Positions 29,655 through 37,669 of a stretch of DNA of 64,000 bases are shown piece by piece (the stretch's first letter is position 1; every line of letters starts with the position of its first letter). Where the stretch lies: the IMG/VR virus record IMGVR_UViG_3300035703_000005, positions 184,836 to 248,835 of that record; one strand, 5' to 3'. The notes under the pieces were generated by a model. The model saw nothing but the letters and a program-made list of their open reading frames with translations. It was not told where the DNA came from and searched no databases. The position numbers and the translations under genes were made by a program.

Positions 29655-29771
29655 TATTCACTCAGTTGTCAAGGTTCTATGGTAGGCTCATGATCCTTTG
29701 TGGCTTGAGCTTTACTTAAGCTTTCTTAAGCGGCTTAAGCACTCAGCCCCTTTATGCACTCCCACAGAGTT

Positions 29772-29801
29772 ATTATAAGCCATTCAGAGGGCTTATGTCA
29801 A
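29772..29801 (-). promoter_or_regulatory. consensus sigma70 promoter (leftward)
   Basis: TTGACA (29801-29796), 18 nt, TATAAT (29777-29772). Confidence 0.75.
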
Positions 29802-29837
29802 GCATGAGGATTAGAGCCCTTAGAGTGCTCATAAGGC

Positions 29838-29879
29838 TGTGGAAAACTTATAGACTTTTTCCACAAGTGTTGTGGAAAA
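29838..29879. promoter_or_regulatory. DnaA-box triplet 1
   Basis: TTTTCCACA at 29838-29846 (-), 29857-29865 (+), 29871-29879 (-). Confidence 0.8.
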
Positions 29880-29947
29880 CTTATAAGAACTGTGAGACCT
29901 TATGTGTAGCAAACTGTGTGGGTTCTGAGATTTATGTCCGGGTGCCA

Positions 29948-29976
29948 TTGACATTTTAGCGGTCGTGTGATAGCCT
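29948..29976 (+). promoter_or_regulatory. sigma70 promoter (rightward, antisense to all genes)
   Basis: TTGACA (29948-29953), 17 nt, TAGCCT (29971-29976) with an extended -10 TG. Confidence 0.7.
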
Positions 29977-29983
29977 GCCCGCT

Positions 29984-30111
29984 AAGATCACAAGGTCTCA
30001 GAGGCTTTTCAAGGGTGCTAACACAAGGTCTCAGAGGGCTTTAAGACTCTAGAAGCACCCTAAACTCACATGGCTTTGCGAAAGAAAGCTTTAACAAAGC
30101 CATGTTTTTTT
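29984..30111 (+). ncRNA. putative ~128-nt small RNA
   Basis: Downstream of the + promoter; AGGGTGCT/AGCACCCT stem; 16-nt direct repeat; ends in an 11-bp hairpin ACATGGCTTTG/CAAAGCCATGT plus T7; no convincing ORF. Confidence 0.6.
30068..30111 (+). terminator. intrinsic terminator
   Basis: 11-bp stem 30068-30078/30095-30105 followed by a run of T to 30111. Confidence 0.75.
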
Positions 30112-30131
30112 AGCCATTTATTTTAAGCCCT

Positions 30132-30165
30132 TTTTCCACAGCTTTTTCCACAGCGTTGTGGAAAA
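30132..30165. promoter_or_regulatory. DnaA-box triplet 2
   Basis: TTTTCCACA at 30132-30140 (+), 30144-30152 (+), 30157-30165 (-). Confidence 0.8.
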
Positions 30166-30250
30166 GCTATCATAACTCATTGTTAGCAACTCTCGGAGCA
30201 CTAGTAGTATGTAACTCCACTCCTCTCTAGGTGTTGTTTCCGTTGAGAGC

Positions 30251-30403
30251 TTAGGGGTCATAACTCTCTAACTCTACAGCCCCTTGAGCATAATCATCAT
30301 AGAACAGCTCATCCTCTGTGTGATTAGCATAGTGATCCATGATCTCTTGCTCAAAGTCAAAGAAGCTTTCTTCCCCGATAGGGTGAGCGTTAGCGATGTT
30401 CAT
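30251..30403 (-). CDS. small acidic early protein
   Basis: Hand-translated 50 aa MNIANAHPIGEESFFDFEQEIMDHY...; ATGA overlap with the upstream gene. Confidence 0.55.
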   Translation of the reverse strand: MNIANAHPIGEESFFDFEQEIMDHYANHTEDELFYDDYAQGAVELESYDP

Positions 30404-30585
30404 TTATTCCTCCTGGTGTTGTATTCTCCGAGATTCTCTACATAAACCTCGTTGACACTTTCGTTACCTTTGAGTTCCAGAAGCTCACGCCAATTCCATT
30501 CCTTTGGACTGACACAATTTGTAGCATCAACTGTGAAGTCAAGAGTAACTCTGTAGCGCGTAACTTTGTCGTTGATTGTTTGCAT
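30400..30585 (-). CDS. small early protein
   Basis: 61 aa, RYRVTLDFTVD...PKEWNWRELL. Confidence 0.6.
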   Translation of the reverse strand: MQTINDKVTRYRVTLDFTVDATNCVSPKEWNWRELLELKGNESVNEVYVENLGEYNTRRNK

Positions 30586-30905
30586 TGTGCGATGTCCTTT
30601 GAGTGTAACAAACTACGTAGCTATTTTATACTGTTTGAGGGTTTAAGTCAACAAAATTGTCATACTTTGACAACACTTCATTGATGACTTGATCTGTGAA
30701 ATAATCCACGATTTCATCATACATGAAGCTAATAGTTTCAGGTGAATAATTGTTCACCCAATTCGCTGAGATAAATGTTACTTCGGCTGATGGCATGATT
30801 CTTGAAAGTATTGTGCATAGCTTGGATTGAAACAACTGTCCCGCCATGTGGCGAAGATCAGTAGAGTCGTGGGAACGATTGCGATAGCAAATAGATGGCG
30901 TTTTT

Positions 30906-31106
30906 TCATGAGTTGTTAATCAGATCTTGTTCAATCTGTTGGAGCATGTTTTCTGTCCAAGCTTGAGGATCTGCGACACCATTGTTTGCGTAGAGTTGAC
31001 TATACCGTAGACCATAAAGATCTGGGTTTAGGTGTTGCAACTCTTCAAGAGTTTGAGCAATCCGAACCTGTAGAATGTAGTCGTCAATCATGATGCAAAA
31101 TGTCAA
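30906..31106 (-). CDS. small early protein
   Basis: 66-aa minus-strand ORF tiling the cassette. Confidence 0.55.
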   Translation of the reverse strand: MTFCIMIDDYILQVRIAQTLEELQHLNPDLYGLRYSQLYANNGVADPQAWTENMLQQIEQDLINNS

Positions 31107-31402
31107 TCATTTTTTGATGGTAAGCATCAGCGAGTTGCACAACATTATGAGATTGAGTAGGATCTTCAATCTCGTATTGTGTCATCTCAAGAGCAAAAAT
31201 GACGGTGGAGAGTAACTCTTGCAACTGTTCAAGCTTTTGAGTTTCAGTCATCATTTGGATTCACCTCTTTGAGAACTTGAGTGAACAATTCAATCGCAGC
31301 TTCGTTGCAGTTGTCTTTCTTCATTCGGTAAATGTAGAACTCCAATGCTTCAGTGATAGCTTCTTGTTTGAGTTCTTCCCAGGTTGGCTTTGTCATGATA
31401 AT

Positions 31403-31606
31403 TCAAGCCAAGATTGCGGACTTCATTTCAACATTGCGGATTTCCATCCGAGCATAATCATACCCCTCAACTTCCGTCAGTTGTTGATAGTATGCTTCAG
31501 CCGTAGAACGACAATCAAACAAGCAGAGAGAATCAAAGCTTTCGCCTTCATAATTCCAACCACCGATCACAGCATAAACTTGCACGAGGTTTGCTCCGTT
31601 GTTCAT
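31403..31606 (-). CDS. small early protein (leaderless)
   Basis: MNNGANLVQVYAVIGGWNYEGESFDSL...; ATG 7 nt after the TATCTT -10. Confidence 0.65.
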   Translation of the reverse strand: MNNGANLVQVYAVIGGWNYEGESFDSLCLFDCRSTAEAYYQQLTEVEGYDYARMEIRNVEMKSAILA

Positions 31607-31671
31607 GTGGCTAAGATACCAGGCCCAGAGTCCCCTCGGCGTGATCAGTGGACAGCCAGTGAACTGGCACA
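31607..31671 (-). promoter_or_regulatory. class A early promoter cassette
   Basis: -10 TATCTT 31618-31613; CGCCGA at -35; GTGGACAG-N8-CTGGCACA 31648-31671. Confidence 0.8.
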
Positions 31672-31680
31672 TTGCTACTC

Positions 31681-31701
31681 AAAAGGGGGCGAAGTGCCCC
31701 C
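31681..31701 (-). terminator. intrinsic terminator between cassettes
   Basis: GGGGGC/GCCCCC stem, TTTT on minus strand, directly upstream of the operator. Confidence 0.65.
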
Positions 31702-31713
31702 TAGTGTGCTCAA

Positions 31714-31881
31714 TCAGAACTCAATCGGTTCAAGAGTTGCTACACCGAGAACGCTCTCAATCATCGGGGATTCGGCATAAGTGTGCCCGACAGAATCAGC
31801 GGCCAGAGTGTCAAGCACTTGCAGCATTTGATTGCCGTTTTGAGCAACGCGAAGCATACCGATTGCGGTTTCTTTGGTCAT
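31714..31881 (-). CDS. small early protein
   Basis: MTKETAIGMLRVAQNGNQMLQVLD... Confidence 0.6.
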   Translation of the reverse strand: MTKETAIGMLRVAQNGNQMLQVLDTLAADSVGHTYAESPMIESVLGVATLEPIEF

Positions 31882-31963
31882 GATAAAAGGAAAAAAGTGT
31901 AGGGCAATTTGAGTGTCTTTAGAGCGCATCTCATTCTCATTCGCTATTCGCAAATGGCGAATG

Positions 31964-32173
31964 TTACTGAACTTCCTCTAGCAAATTGTTCAGGTATTCT
32001 TCATCATAAAGCTCTGCAATCTCTGTTTTAATTTCATCCTCACTCATGCCATCTAGATTGTCACAAATGGTGTCAACAGCAAACTGACACAAATCGCGGA
32101 CATCCATGCCATCAACAACATCAGTGGCATAAAGTTCAATCAGTTTGGAAAGCTGTTCTTTGGAAAGTGTCAT
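31964..32173 (-). CDS. small acidic early protein
   Basis: 69 aa, LIELYATDVVDGMDVRDLCQFA. Confidence 0.65.
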   Translation of the reverse strand: MTLSKEQLSKLIELYATDVVDGMDVRDLCQFAVDTICDNLDGMSEDEIKTEIAELYDEEYLNNLLEEVQ

Positions 32174-32176
32174 GAT

Positions 32177-32347
32177 TCAGATGGTAGCTGGGGACAGGGA
32201 AACTTCAACTCGCTTCAGATTCAATCCAGCAAGTTGCTCATTCACACGCTTGCAGATTGCATCAGTCGGGTTCTTTAGCTTGGACTTCTCATACCAAATG
32301 GTACGGCAGCCGTCGTTGGTTTCTACTTGGATTCGGATGGTTTGCAT
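32177..32347 (-). CDS. small early protein
   Basis: Hand-translated 56 aa MQTIRIQVETNDGCRTIWYEKSK... Confidence 0.55.
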   Translation of the reverse strand: MQTIRIQVETNDGCRTIWYEKSKLKNPTDAICKRVNEQLAGLNLKRVEVSLSPATI

Positions 32348-32371
32348 CACTTTGCGTTGCAGTAGTTAGGA

Positions 32372-32539
32372 TCAGTCAAAAACAACAGGCTTGAAGTCAT
32401 CCGCATAACAATTAGCAAAAGCTGATGCGATGGTGACACAATCAAAGACACCAAGTTGCTCACCGTTGCGAACAGCAACCCACATAGGCTTGCGGGTCTC
32501 AAGATCAGCGCAGGGAAGAAAGTTGGTTGCGTTGGTCAT
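32372..32539 (-). CDS. small early protein
   Basis: First gene after a class A promoter; MTNATNFLPCAD... Confidence 0.6.
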   Translation of the reverse strand: MTNATNFLPCADLETRKPMWVAVRNGEQLGVFDCVTIASAFANCYADDFKPVVFD

Positions 32540-32548
32540 TTGCGTTTG

Positions 32549-32619
32549 TCTCAACATGGCTAAGATACCAGAACTGGCTGGTCGTGGCGCGATCAGTGGA
32601 CAGCCGCTCAACTGTCACA
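32549..32619 (-). promoter_or_regulatory. class A early promoter cassette
   Basis: TCTCAACATGGCTAAGATACC ... GTGGACAG-CCGCTCAA-CTGTCACA. Confidence 0.8.
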
Positions 32620-32800
32620 CTCATAATCATAAGGCACAAGCTCTCTCGGTACGATTAACTGATTGTTGATCGAAAACTCATCCAAAAGATAATCAACTGT
32701 CATCTCCATTTGAGCAGCGTACCACTCAAACATCAGGTAAGTTTCCAATGGAATCTCGTAGCCTTCAGTTTCAACAATGGTGGGTTCTTTAGCCATGATT

Positions 32801-32961
32801 TTACCAGTTAATGAGAGTAGCTGTGTTACCAAGTTTGTTCTGCTCATCCACGATTTCCATAGCATGAACATAAGTTTTGACAGTGACATAACGGGCTTTG
32901 CCTTTAGTCTCAGGGAACAAGCCGAGTCGGTCAATGATGCGAACAGTATTAGAATGTTTCA
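32801..32961 (-). CDS. small early protein
   Basis: MKHSNTVRIIDRLGLFPETKGKARYVTVKTY...; start approximate. Confidence 0.55.
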
Positions 32962-33239
32962 TCTTTGTTTTCCTCAAGAGTGAAATCAGACTCGATACAA
33001 TCATACCAAGTCACCAAATCATAGTCTGGTTCCTGCATCCATTCTTCAGCTTCTTCCTTTGTGTTGAATGTCACAGTAGCAACGTTAGTCTCTTTGATGT
33101 GAACAGTGTAAGACATAATCAGTCAGCTGTGGATTGAATGAAGTTAGCAGTGGAGTGCAGAATGCTCCCCGTAGTGTAGCGAACCTGAGGAAAGATCAGG
33201 AACGCTACAATGAAGATCAGGCCGATTGTTTTCATCGTA

Positions 33240-33566
33240 TCAGTTCAGCCGCATCCCAGAGAAGAAAGGAACAGTCACCGAATTGTTGCGATAATCGGAG
33301 AAAGTTACGAACCATTCGCCTTTCTTTTGAAACACATAGTCACCGTTACCATGCTCTTTGAGAATAGCATTCAGACGGGACTTAGTGGTAGCGGTGCGCC
33401 AGCCACCATCAAACAGTTCAATCCAAGTCTCACCGATACGAGCAATCAAGTTACCGTGCAGGTAGACATCAGCAACATTGGTGCAGCTGACAACCTCAGT
33501 GTTGTCCAGCTTGAAGTCCACACCGTTGGTGATGGCTTTGTTCATTTGCTGTTCGATCTTACGCAT
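33240..33566 (-). CDS. conserved phage early protein
   Basis: 108 aa; VYLHGNLIARI..LFDGGWRTATTKSRLNAIL..VFQKKGEWFV, a motif common in phage early regions. Confidence 0.7.
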   Translation of the reverse strand: MRKIEQQMNKAITNGVDFKLDNTEVVSCTNVADVYLHGNLIARIGETWIELFDGGWRTATTKSRLNAILKEHGNGDYVFQKKGEWFVTFSDYRNNSVTVPFFSGMRLN

Positions 33567-33610
33567 GGTTTGTGAAGCGATTGTTTGGTGGGGGGTCTCG
33601 TTTCCCCCCG

Positions 33611-33677
33611 ATGTGGCTAAGATACCAGGCCCAGAGGCCCCTCGGCGGGATTGGTGGACAGCCCGCAGATTGGCACA
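33611..33677 (-). promoter_or_regulatory. class A early promoter cassette
   Basis: Near-identical to the 31607-31671 copy (ATGTGGCTAAGATACCAGGCCCAGAG..CCCTCGGCG..GTGGACAG). Confidence 0.8.
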
Positions 33678-33848
33678 CAGGCCCCGATTCGGCAGGATCC
33701 GACCCATACCCTGGCTGTCGCAAGTCGGAAGCGGTGAGACTCATTGCAGGCACTAGGGCAGAAACCGGAAAAAGCGTTGATTCTGGCCGCCAGGTAGGTT
33801 GGATCATCCCATGCAGCCAGAATCAGCGGGATCTGAGTTTGTGTTAGT

Positions 33849-34043
33849 TTAGAGTCCAGCTGGTTCGATGCAGTAATAGACTCGATCACCATTTGTGCTC
33901 AGTCCATGCACCCATTGGCCGCCATGTTCGATACAACTTTGGTGGTCAACTTGAATGCTGTGAACATAAAGAATGATGACACCAATGACCAACAAAATGA
34001 TCATCAAGAGTTGAAAGCCTGACACCCAATCATCATTAGTCAT
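33849..34043 (-). CDS. small membrane protein, pilin-like C-x3-GG-x-W family
   Basis: 64 aa; SGFQLLMIILL hydrophobic helix then CIEHGGQWVHG..YYC. Confidence 0.6.
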   Translation of the reverse strand: MTNDDWVSGFQLLMIILLVIGVIILYVHSIQVDHQSCIEHGGQWVHGLSTNGDRVYYCIEPAGL

Positions 34044-34046
34044 GAC

Positions 34047-34250
34047 TCAAGCCTCCTCGTATTCGTAATCATAAACCCGCATCACATCATCCTCAAGAAG
34101 CTTAAGCGTCCGTTCGGTAATCATGTGCGGTTTGATGTCACCTTGCTTGTTGAACAGCTGAGTAACCCAATAGGAGGCAATTTGCTCATCCCGTTCAGCA
34201 ATCTGTTCAAAGCAATCAGCAATCAGAAGCTCAAGATCGTTGTTGTTCAT
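34047..34250 (-). CDS. small early protein
   Basis: 67-aa ORF tiling the cassette. Confidence 0.55.
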   Translation of the reverse strand: MNNNDLELLIADCFEQIAERDEQIASYWVTQLFNKQGDIKPHMITERTLKLLEDDVMRVYDYEYEEA

Positions 34251-34293
34251 TGTAGGAAAAACGGAGGTTTTGATGTAGTAAATGTGGAGCTAA

Positions 34294-34461
34294 TCAGTCG
34301 GAGAAACCATAAAGATCCCAACCAGGCTCTTCCTCTTCAGTTTCATTCCAATACTGATCATACTCACATTCGCTCATAGCGAAGACCTTAGCCATTTCCT
34401 CGCGGTCAGCATCGGAGATCTCAAAGATTTCAGCGGGAAGGTCAACGATTTCGTTGAACAT
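34294..34461 (-). CDS. small acidic early protein
   Basis: MFNEIVDLPAEIFEISD...; GAGGA SD in the repeat leader. Confidence 0.6.
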   Translation of the reverse strand: MFNEIVDLPAEIFEISDADREEMAKVFAMSECEYDQYWNETEEEEPGWDLYGFSD

Positions 34462-34470
34462 TGGTTTGAT

Positions 34471-34544
34471 TCCTCTCAACATGGCTAAGATACAGGGCCC
34501 CAGCCCCCTTTGGCGGGTTTGGTGGACAGCCGCCCAACTGGCCT
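34471..34544 (-). promoter_or_regulatory. class A early promoter cassette
   Basis: TCCTCTCAACATGGCTAAGATAC ... TTGGCG ... GTGGACAG-N8-CTGGCCT. Confidence 0.8.
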
Positions 34545-34705
34545 ACCAACCGCGATTTGATTGCTCAAACAGCTTACGATCTAGGGCCTCTTCATACTCA
34601 TCGGGAGAGAGATAATCCTCCCAGCAACCTCTATCATCATAGCTGCGGTTGGAGTATTCCCAAGAGTAGGATTGGCCTTCATAAAAGTGCAGAACCATGA
34701 TCGTT

Positions 34706-34906
34706 TCAGAGAGTTTGGAAAGGTTGAGCTTCTTTGATGTCGCTGTTGTAATACTTACGGAAGATTGAGTTAATCGTATCGTACCATGGCTCATTGCCAC
34801 TCGGATACCCGCAATCTGCAGCCTGTTGAAGAAACTTAAGGATGCAAGTTTCCTCGTCTTGAGTGAACTTAACTCGGTTCAATGTGTAGCCGGTAGTCAT
34901 AATCAA
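34706..34906 (-). CDS. small early protein
   Basis: 66 aa, YTLNRVKFTQDEETCIL. Confidence 0.55.
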   Translation of the reverse strand: MIMTTGYTLNRVKFTQDEETCILKFLQQAADCGYPSGNEPWYDTINSIFRKYYNSDIKEAQPFQTL

Positions 34907-35181
34907 ACCAGTTGAAGTTGGGGTGCAGGTTGAACACTAAAAGTACCAAGCCGATCGCAAGAGATGCTCACTGCGTTTGCAGGTGCTCCCAGTTCATCAA
35001 CAACATCCCAGAAATCTTCTCCTTCTTCAATGACAACATAACCGAACACACCGGCGATGGGCATAGATTGAATGCCCCATCGTTCGGCTGAGCGTTGGGT
35101 ATCCCACCAAGTACGCTCATTCCAGAACATGTTAGGCTCATCATTGCGAGGGCCAAAAGTGATGCAGATAAACTTGCTCAT
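34903..35181 (-). CDS. small early protein
   Basis: MSKFICITFGPRNDEPNMFWNERTWWD...; first gene of the cassette. Confidence 0.6.
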   Translation of the reverse strand: MSKFICITFGPRNDEPNMFWNERTWWDTQRSAERWGIQSMPIAGVFGYVVIEEGEDFWDVVDELGAPANAVSISCDRLGTFSVQPAPQLQLV

Positions 35182-35190
35182 GGGTGTTTG

Positions 35191-35261
35191 TCTCAACATG
35201 GCTAAGATACAGGATCTGGCTGGGTTTGGCGGGATCAGTGGACAGCCCACCAACTGGCACA
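35191..35261 (-). promoter_or_regulatory. class A early promoter cassette
   Basis: TCTCAACATGGCTAAGATAC ... GTGGACAG-CCCACCAA-CTGGCACA. Confidence 0.8.
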
Positions 35262-35264
35262 TTG

Positions 35265-35654
35265 CTACACCATTGTCAGGCCATAATCGTTAAGCATAAT
35301 GTCACGAACATGCTCACGATCAAAGCTGTCACCAGTAAAGTCAGCTCCAGAGCTGATGTATTTCTGTGTAGCTTCCATCACCATGTCTCGGGTAGCTCCG
35401 ATCTTGTAGATACCATCATCCCCATAAAATGCGAGAACATAATCATAAAACTCTTCCATAGGCTTCTGAAGTTGTTTTACAATACGATTCAGATCATCAA
35501 TAGCACCATTCATTGCAGCTCGTGAGTAACCAGTAGCAAATGGGTAGGTCTTTTCATGATCATCTGAGCTTTCATCCACACCATAACAAACATTCACAGC
35601 TTCGGTGAGATTGTTAATCACTCGGAGCAAAGTGTCATCAATGTTGTAAGTCAT
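35265..35654 (-). CDS. early protein
   Basis: 129 aa; YPFATGYSRAAM and DFTGDSFDREHVRD segments; may be a fusion of two small modules. Confidence 0.65.
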   Translation of the reverse strand: MTYNIDDTLLRVINNLTEAVNVCYGVDESSDDHEKTYPFATGYSRAAMNGAIDDLNRIVKQLQKPMEEFYDYVLAFYGDDGIYKIGATRDMVMEATQKYISSGADFTGDSFDREHVRDIMLNDYGLTMV

Positions 35655-35857
35655 CAGATCACACCTTCAGCGATTTGATTCATCACATCCTGAGCATACT
35701 TCATGAACCGATAAGCTGTAACCTCATCATAAGTAACACCATCAAGCACATCTGAGCCCATGTAAGTATCAACAATCAACTTACATGCGTCGTAGAGAGC
35801 AGCGGTGTGTTCGTACTTTGAGTGAAATTGCATAGCGTTGTAAGTAGGCATTGTCAT
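35654..35857 (-). CDS. small early protein
   Basis: 67 aa, overlapping stop/start. Confidence 0.6.
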   Translation of the reverse strand: MTMPTYNAMQFHSKYEHTAALYDACKLIVDTYMGSDVLDGVTYDEVTAYRFMKYAQDVMNQIAEGVI

Positions 35858-36096
35858 CAGAAGTGTGCCTCAGAGTAGTCAAGTTGTGCAGAGTATTCTG
35901 CAATTTTGTTGTAGCACTTCTCACGAGTTTGTTCATCAGCACCCTCCATGAATGAGAAACAATACTTCATCCGTTGCTCAGGATGTGAGAGCACACGAGC
36001 AATCTCAGCTTGACGCTTCTGGTATGCAGCATTGTATGCGAACATCTCGCGGTCTTCAATGCTCATTGTGTGATACTTGCGTTGCATTGGATTCAT
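35857..36096 (-). CDS. small early protein
   Basis: 79 aa, first gene of the cassette. Confidence 0.6.
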   Translation of the reverse strand: MNPMQRKYHTMSIEDREMFAYNAAYQKRQAEIARVLSHPEQRMKYCFSFMEGADEQTREKCYNKIAEYSAQLDYSEAHF

Positions 36097-36169
36097 CTCT
36101 CAACATGGCCAAGATACCACCGCCAAGGCCCTCTCGGCGGATTTGGTGTGCAGCCCACCGATTGTCACA
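36097..36169 (-). promoter_or_regulatory. class A early promoter cassette
   Basis: CTCTCAACATGGCCAAGATACC ... TCGGCG ... GTGTGCAG-N8-TTGTCACA. Confidence 0.8.
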
Positions 36170-36333
36170 CCAGTTCCTTTAATTGCTCTTTGGAACAGAA
36201 CTTATAGGTATAACCTGGATAGAACTTGTTGACGAGATGGGGAACACCATAACGACCCAATTGGCCGTTTCCGTTATAGTTGACCCACACAACTTTGGTG
36301 GACTCTTCTACAAAATGTTCGTAGGGAAATGCT

Positions 36334-36891
36334 TTAGTCATCGGAAGAATAGTGAAATGCTCTGTTTTGTTTGTGTTTTGTTTGAGTTTGTTTAGAACTT
36401 GGCTTCTTACCGGATCTTACCTTACCTGCGGTAGTTTGTCCAATAGATTGATCTGGATTGTTACCGGCTTTGGCTTTACCGATCTTGAAAGAATCTCCTT
36501 TTTCTGATGTAGGATGAAGTTCAGCTTCTTGACCTTTTCTTTGAGTGATGACACTATGTTGTGCTTCACCAGAAGGGCCTTTTTTCTTACCAATGTTTCT
36601 CACCATTCTCTCAAAGCCTTTCCTAGATTGTTTCTTCGGATTCCTTGAGAGTTGGTATGCAACTTCGGTCTCGGGCTTTCCTTCACCTTTCTCGTCATAA
36701 GATCCAACGACTTTGCTGAATCCAACACCTTTTCTTCTGAGTTTCTTTTCAAGCGATTTTCTCTCACTACGATTCTCTTTTTCTGACTGAGATCCACGAT
36801 CACGAGATACCATTGCGGTGTCTCTTTCTCTCGTGTTTCTAATCATTTTATTGAGAGTAGCTTCATGCAAAAATTGCTTGAAAGTTTTCAT
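36334..36891 (-). CDS. putative internal head protein (capsid-targeting N-terminus), basic
   Basis: 185 aa; MKTFKQFLHE-A resembles the T4 internal-protein targeting sequence MKTYQEFIAE; CTAAATA late-type promoter at 36918-36912. Confidence 0.6.
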   Translation of the reverse strand: MKTFKQFLHEATLNKMIRNTRERDTAMVSRDRGSQSEKENRSERKSLEKKLRRKGVGFSKVVGSYDEKGEGKPETEVAYQLSRNPKKQSRKGFERMVRNIGKKKGPSGEAQHSVITQRKGQEAELHPTSEKGDSFKIGKAKAGNNPDQSIGQTTAGKVRSGKKPSSKQTQTKHKQNRAFHYSSDD

Positions 36892-37067
36892 GTCTAATCT
36901 AATTTTTTAAGTATTTAGATTAGTGTCGGTTTAGGTTGGAAAGCTGTCGTTCAATCTCTATCTTCATGGGCATCAGATGTGATACCATGAAGTGTTCATA
37001 CTCATTCTCTTTCATCAGGTTGCTGATGTTTTCAATCTGCAACAATGCGAGAATGAACTTAGTTTTC

Positions 37068-37274
37068 TCATCCATAGCTTCGGTCAAATCGGTGTTTGCA
37101 ATCAGGACACATAAAGTAAGCAGTTCGGTCTAGATCACGATCATAACATGCAATCACCCGACTGTAAAAGTATGGGGGAGAATAATTCTCCCACCGATCT
37201 TCTGGGATCAATGAATCAACCCAGTTTGCATCACATTCTGGGCAATTTTCTAGTTTGGTTACATCAGGTTTCAT
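37068..37274 (-). CDS. small Zn-ribbon protein
   Basis: 68 aa with CPEC ... CPDC. Confidence 0.6.
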   Translation of the reverse strand: MKPDVTKLENCPECDANWVDSLIPEDRWENYSPPYFYSRVIACYDRDLDRTAYFMCPDCKHRFDRSYG

Positions 37275-37669
37275 CGTTGATACAGATAACTACCGAAAGG
37301 ATCACACTTACTATAACACAATTCCCGAGAATTATCATCCAGAAGATTGTACCTCACACCCTTAGCTGGAGACTTCCAGGATGCAGACTTGTAGACATCG
37401 CCAGTGGATTTATCAATGAAACAATGCACCGAGCGACTGATACCATCCTTCTGAATCAGTTTGTAATACTTACGGCCTTCCTCCAGATAATACTCATGAT
37501 TCACACCTTTTTCTTTAATCTCTTCAATTTTGTTGATGTGATAATCTACATTCTCACCCCTAGCTGCTGCAGATTCATGCAGTCGCAGAAACCAAGCTTT
37601 CATGGACAGGTAGAGTGCGTCACACAACATGACACTATAATGTTGAACTTTAGAGTCGTTCATTTTCAC
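37271..37669 (-). CDS. conserved T4-like phage early protein
   Basis: 132 aa; GRKYYKLIQ..SRSVHCFIDKSTGDVYKSASWKSPAKGVRYNL. Confidence 0.7.
   Translation of the reverse strand: MKMNDSKVQHYSVMLCDALYLSMKAWFLRLHESAAARGENVDYHINKIEEIKEKGVNHEYYLEEGRKYYKLIQKDGISRSVHCFIDKSTGDVYKSASWKSPAKGVRYNLLDDNSRELCYSKCDPFGSYLYQR

Noticed and set aside
29666-29694. TTGTCA-17-CATGAT as another + strand promoter
   Set aside because: Both hexamers are imperfect and no terminator or product is evident; too weak without TSS data.
29752-29760. TTATGCACT as a seventh DnaA box
   Set aside because: One mismatch to TTWTNCACA and isolated from the triplets; possible but not counted.
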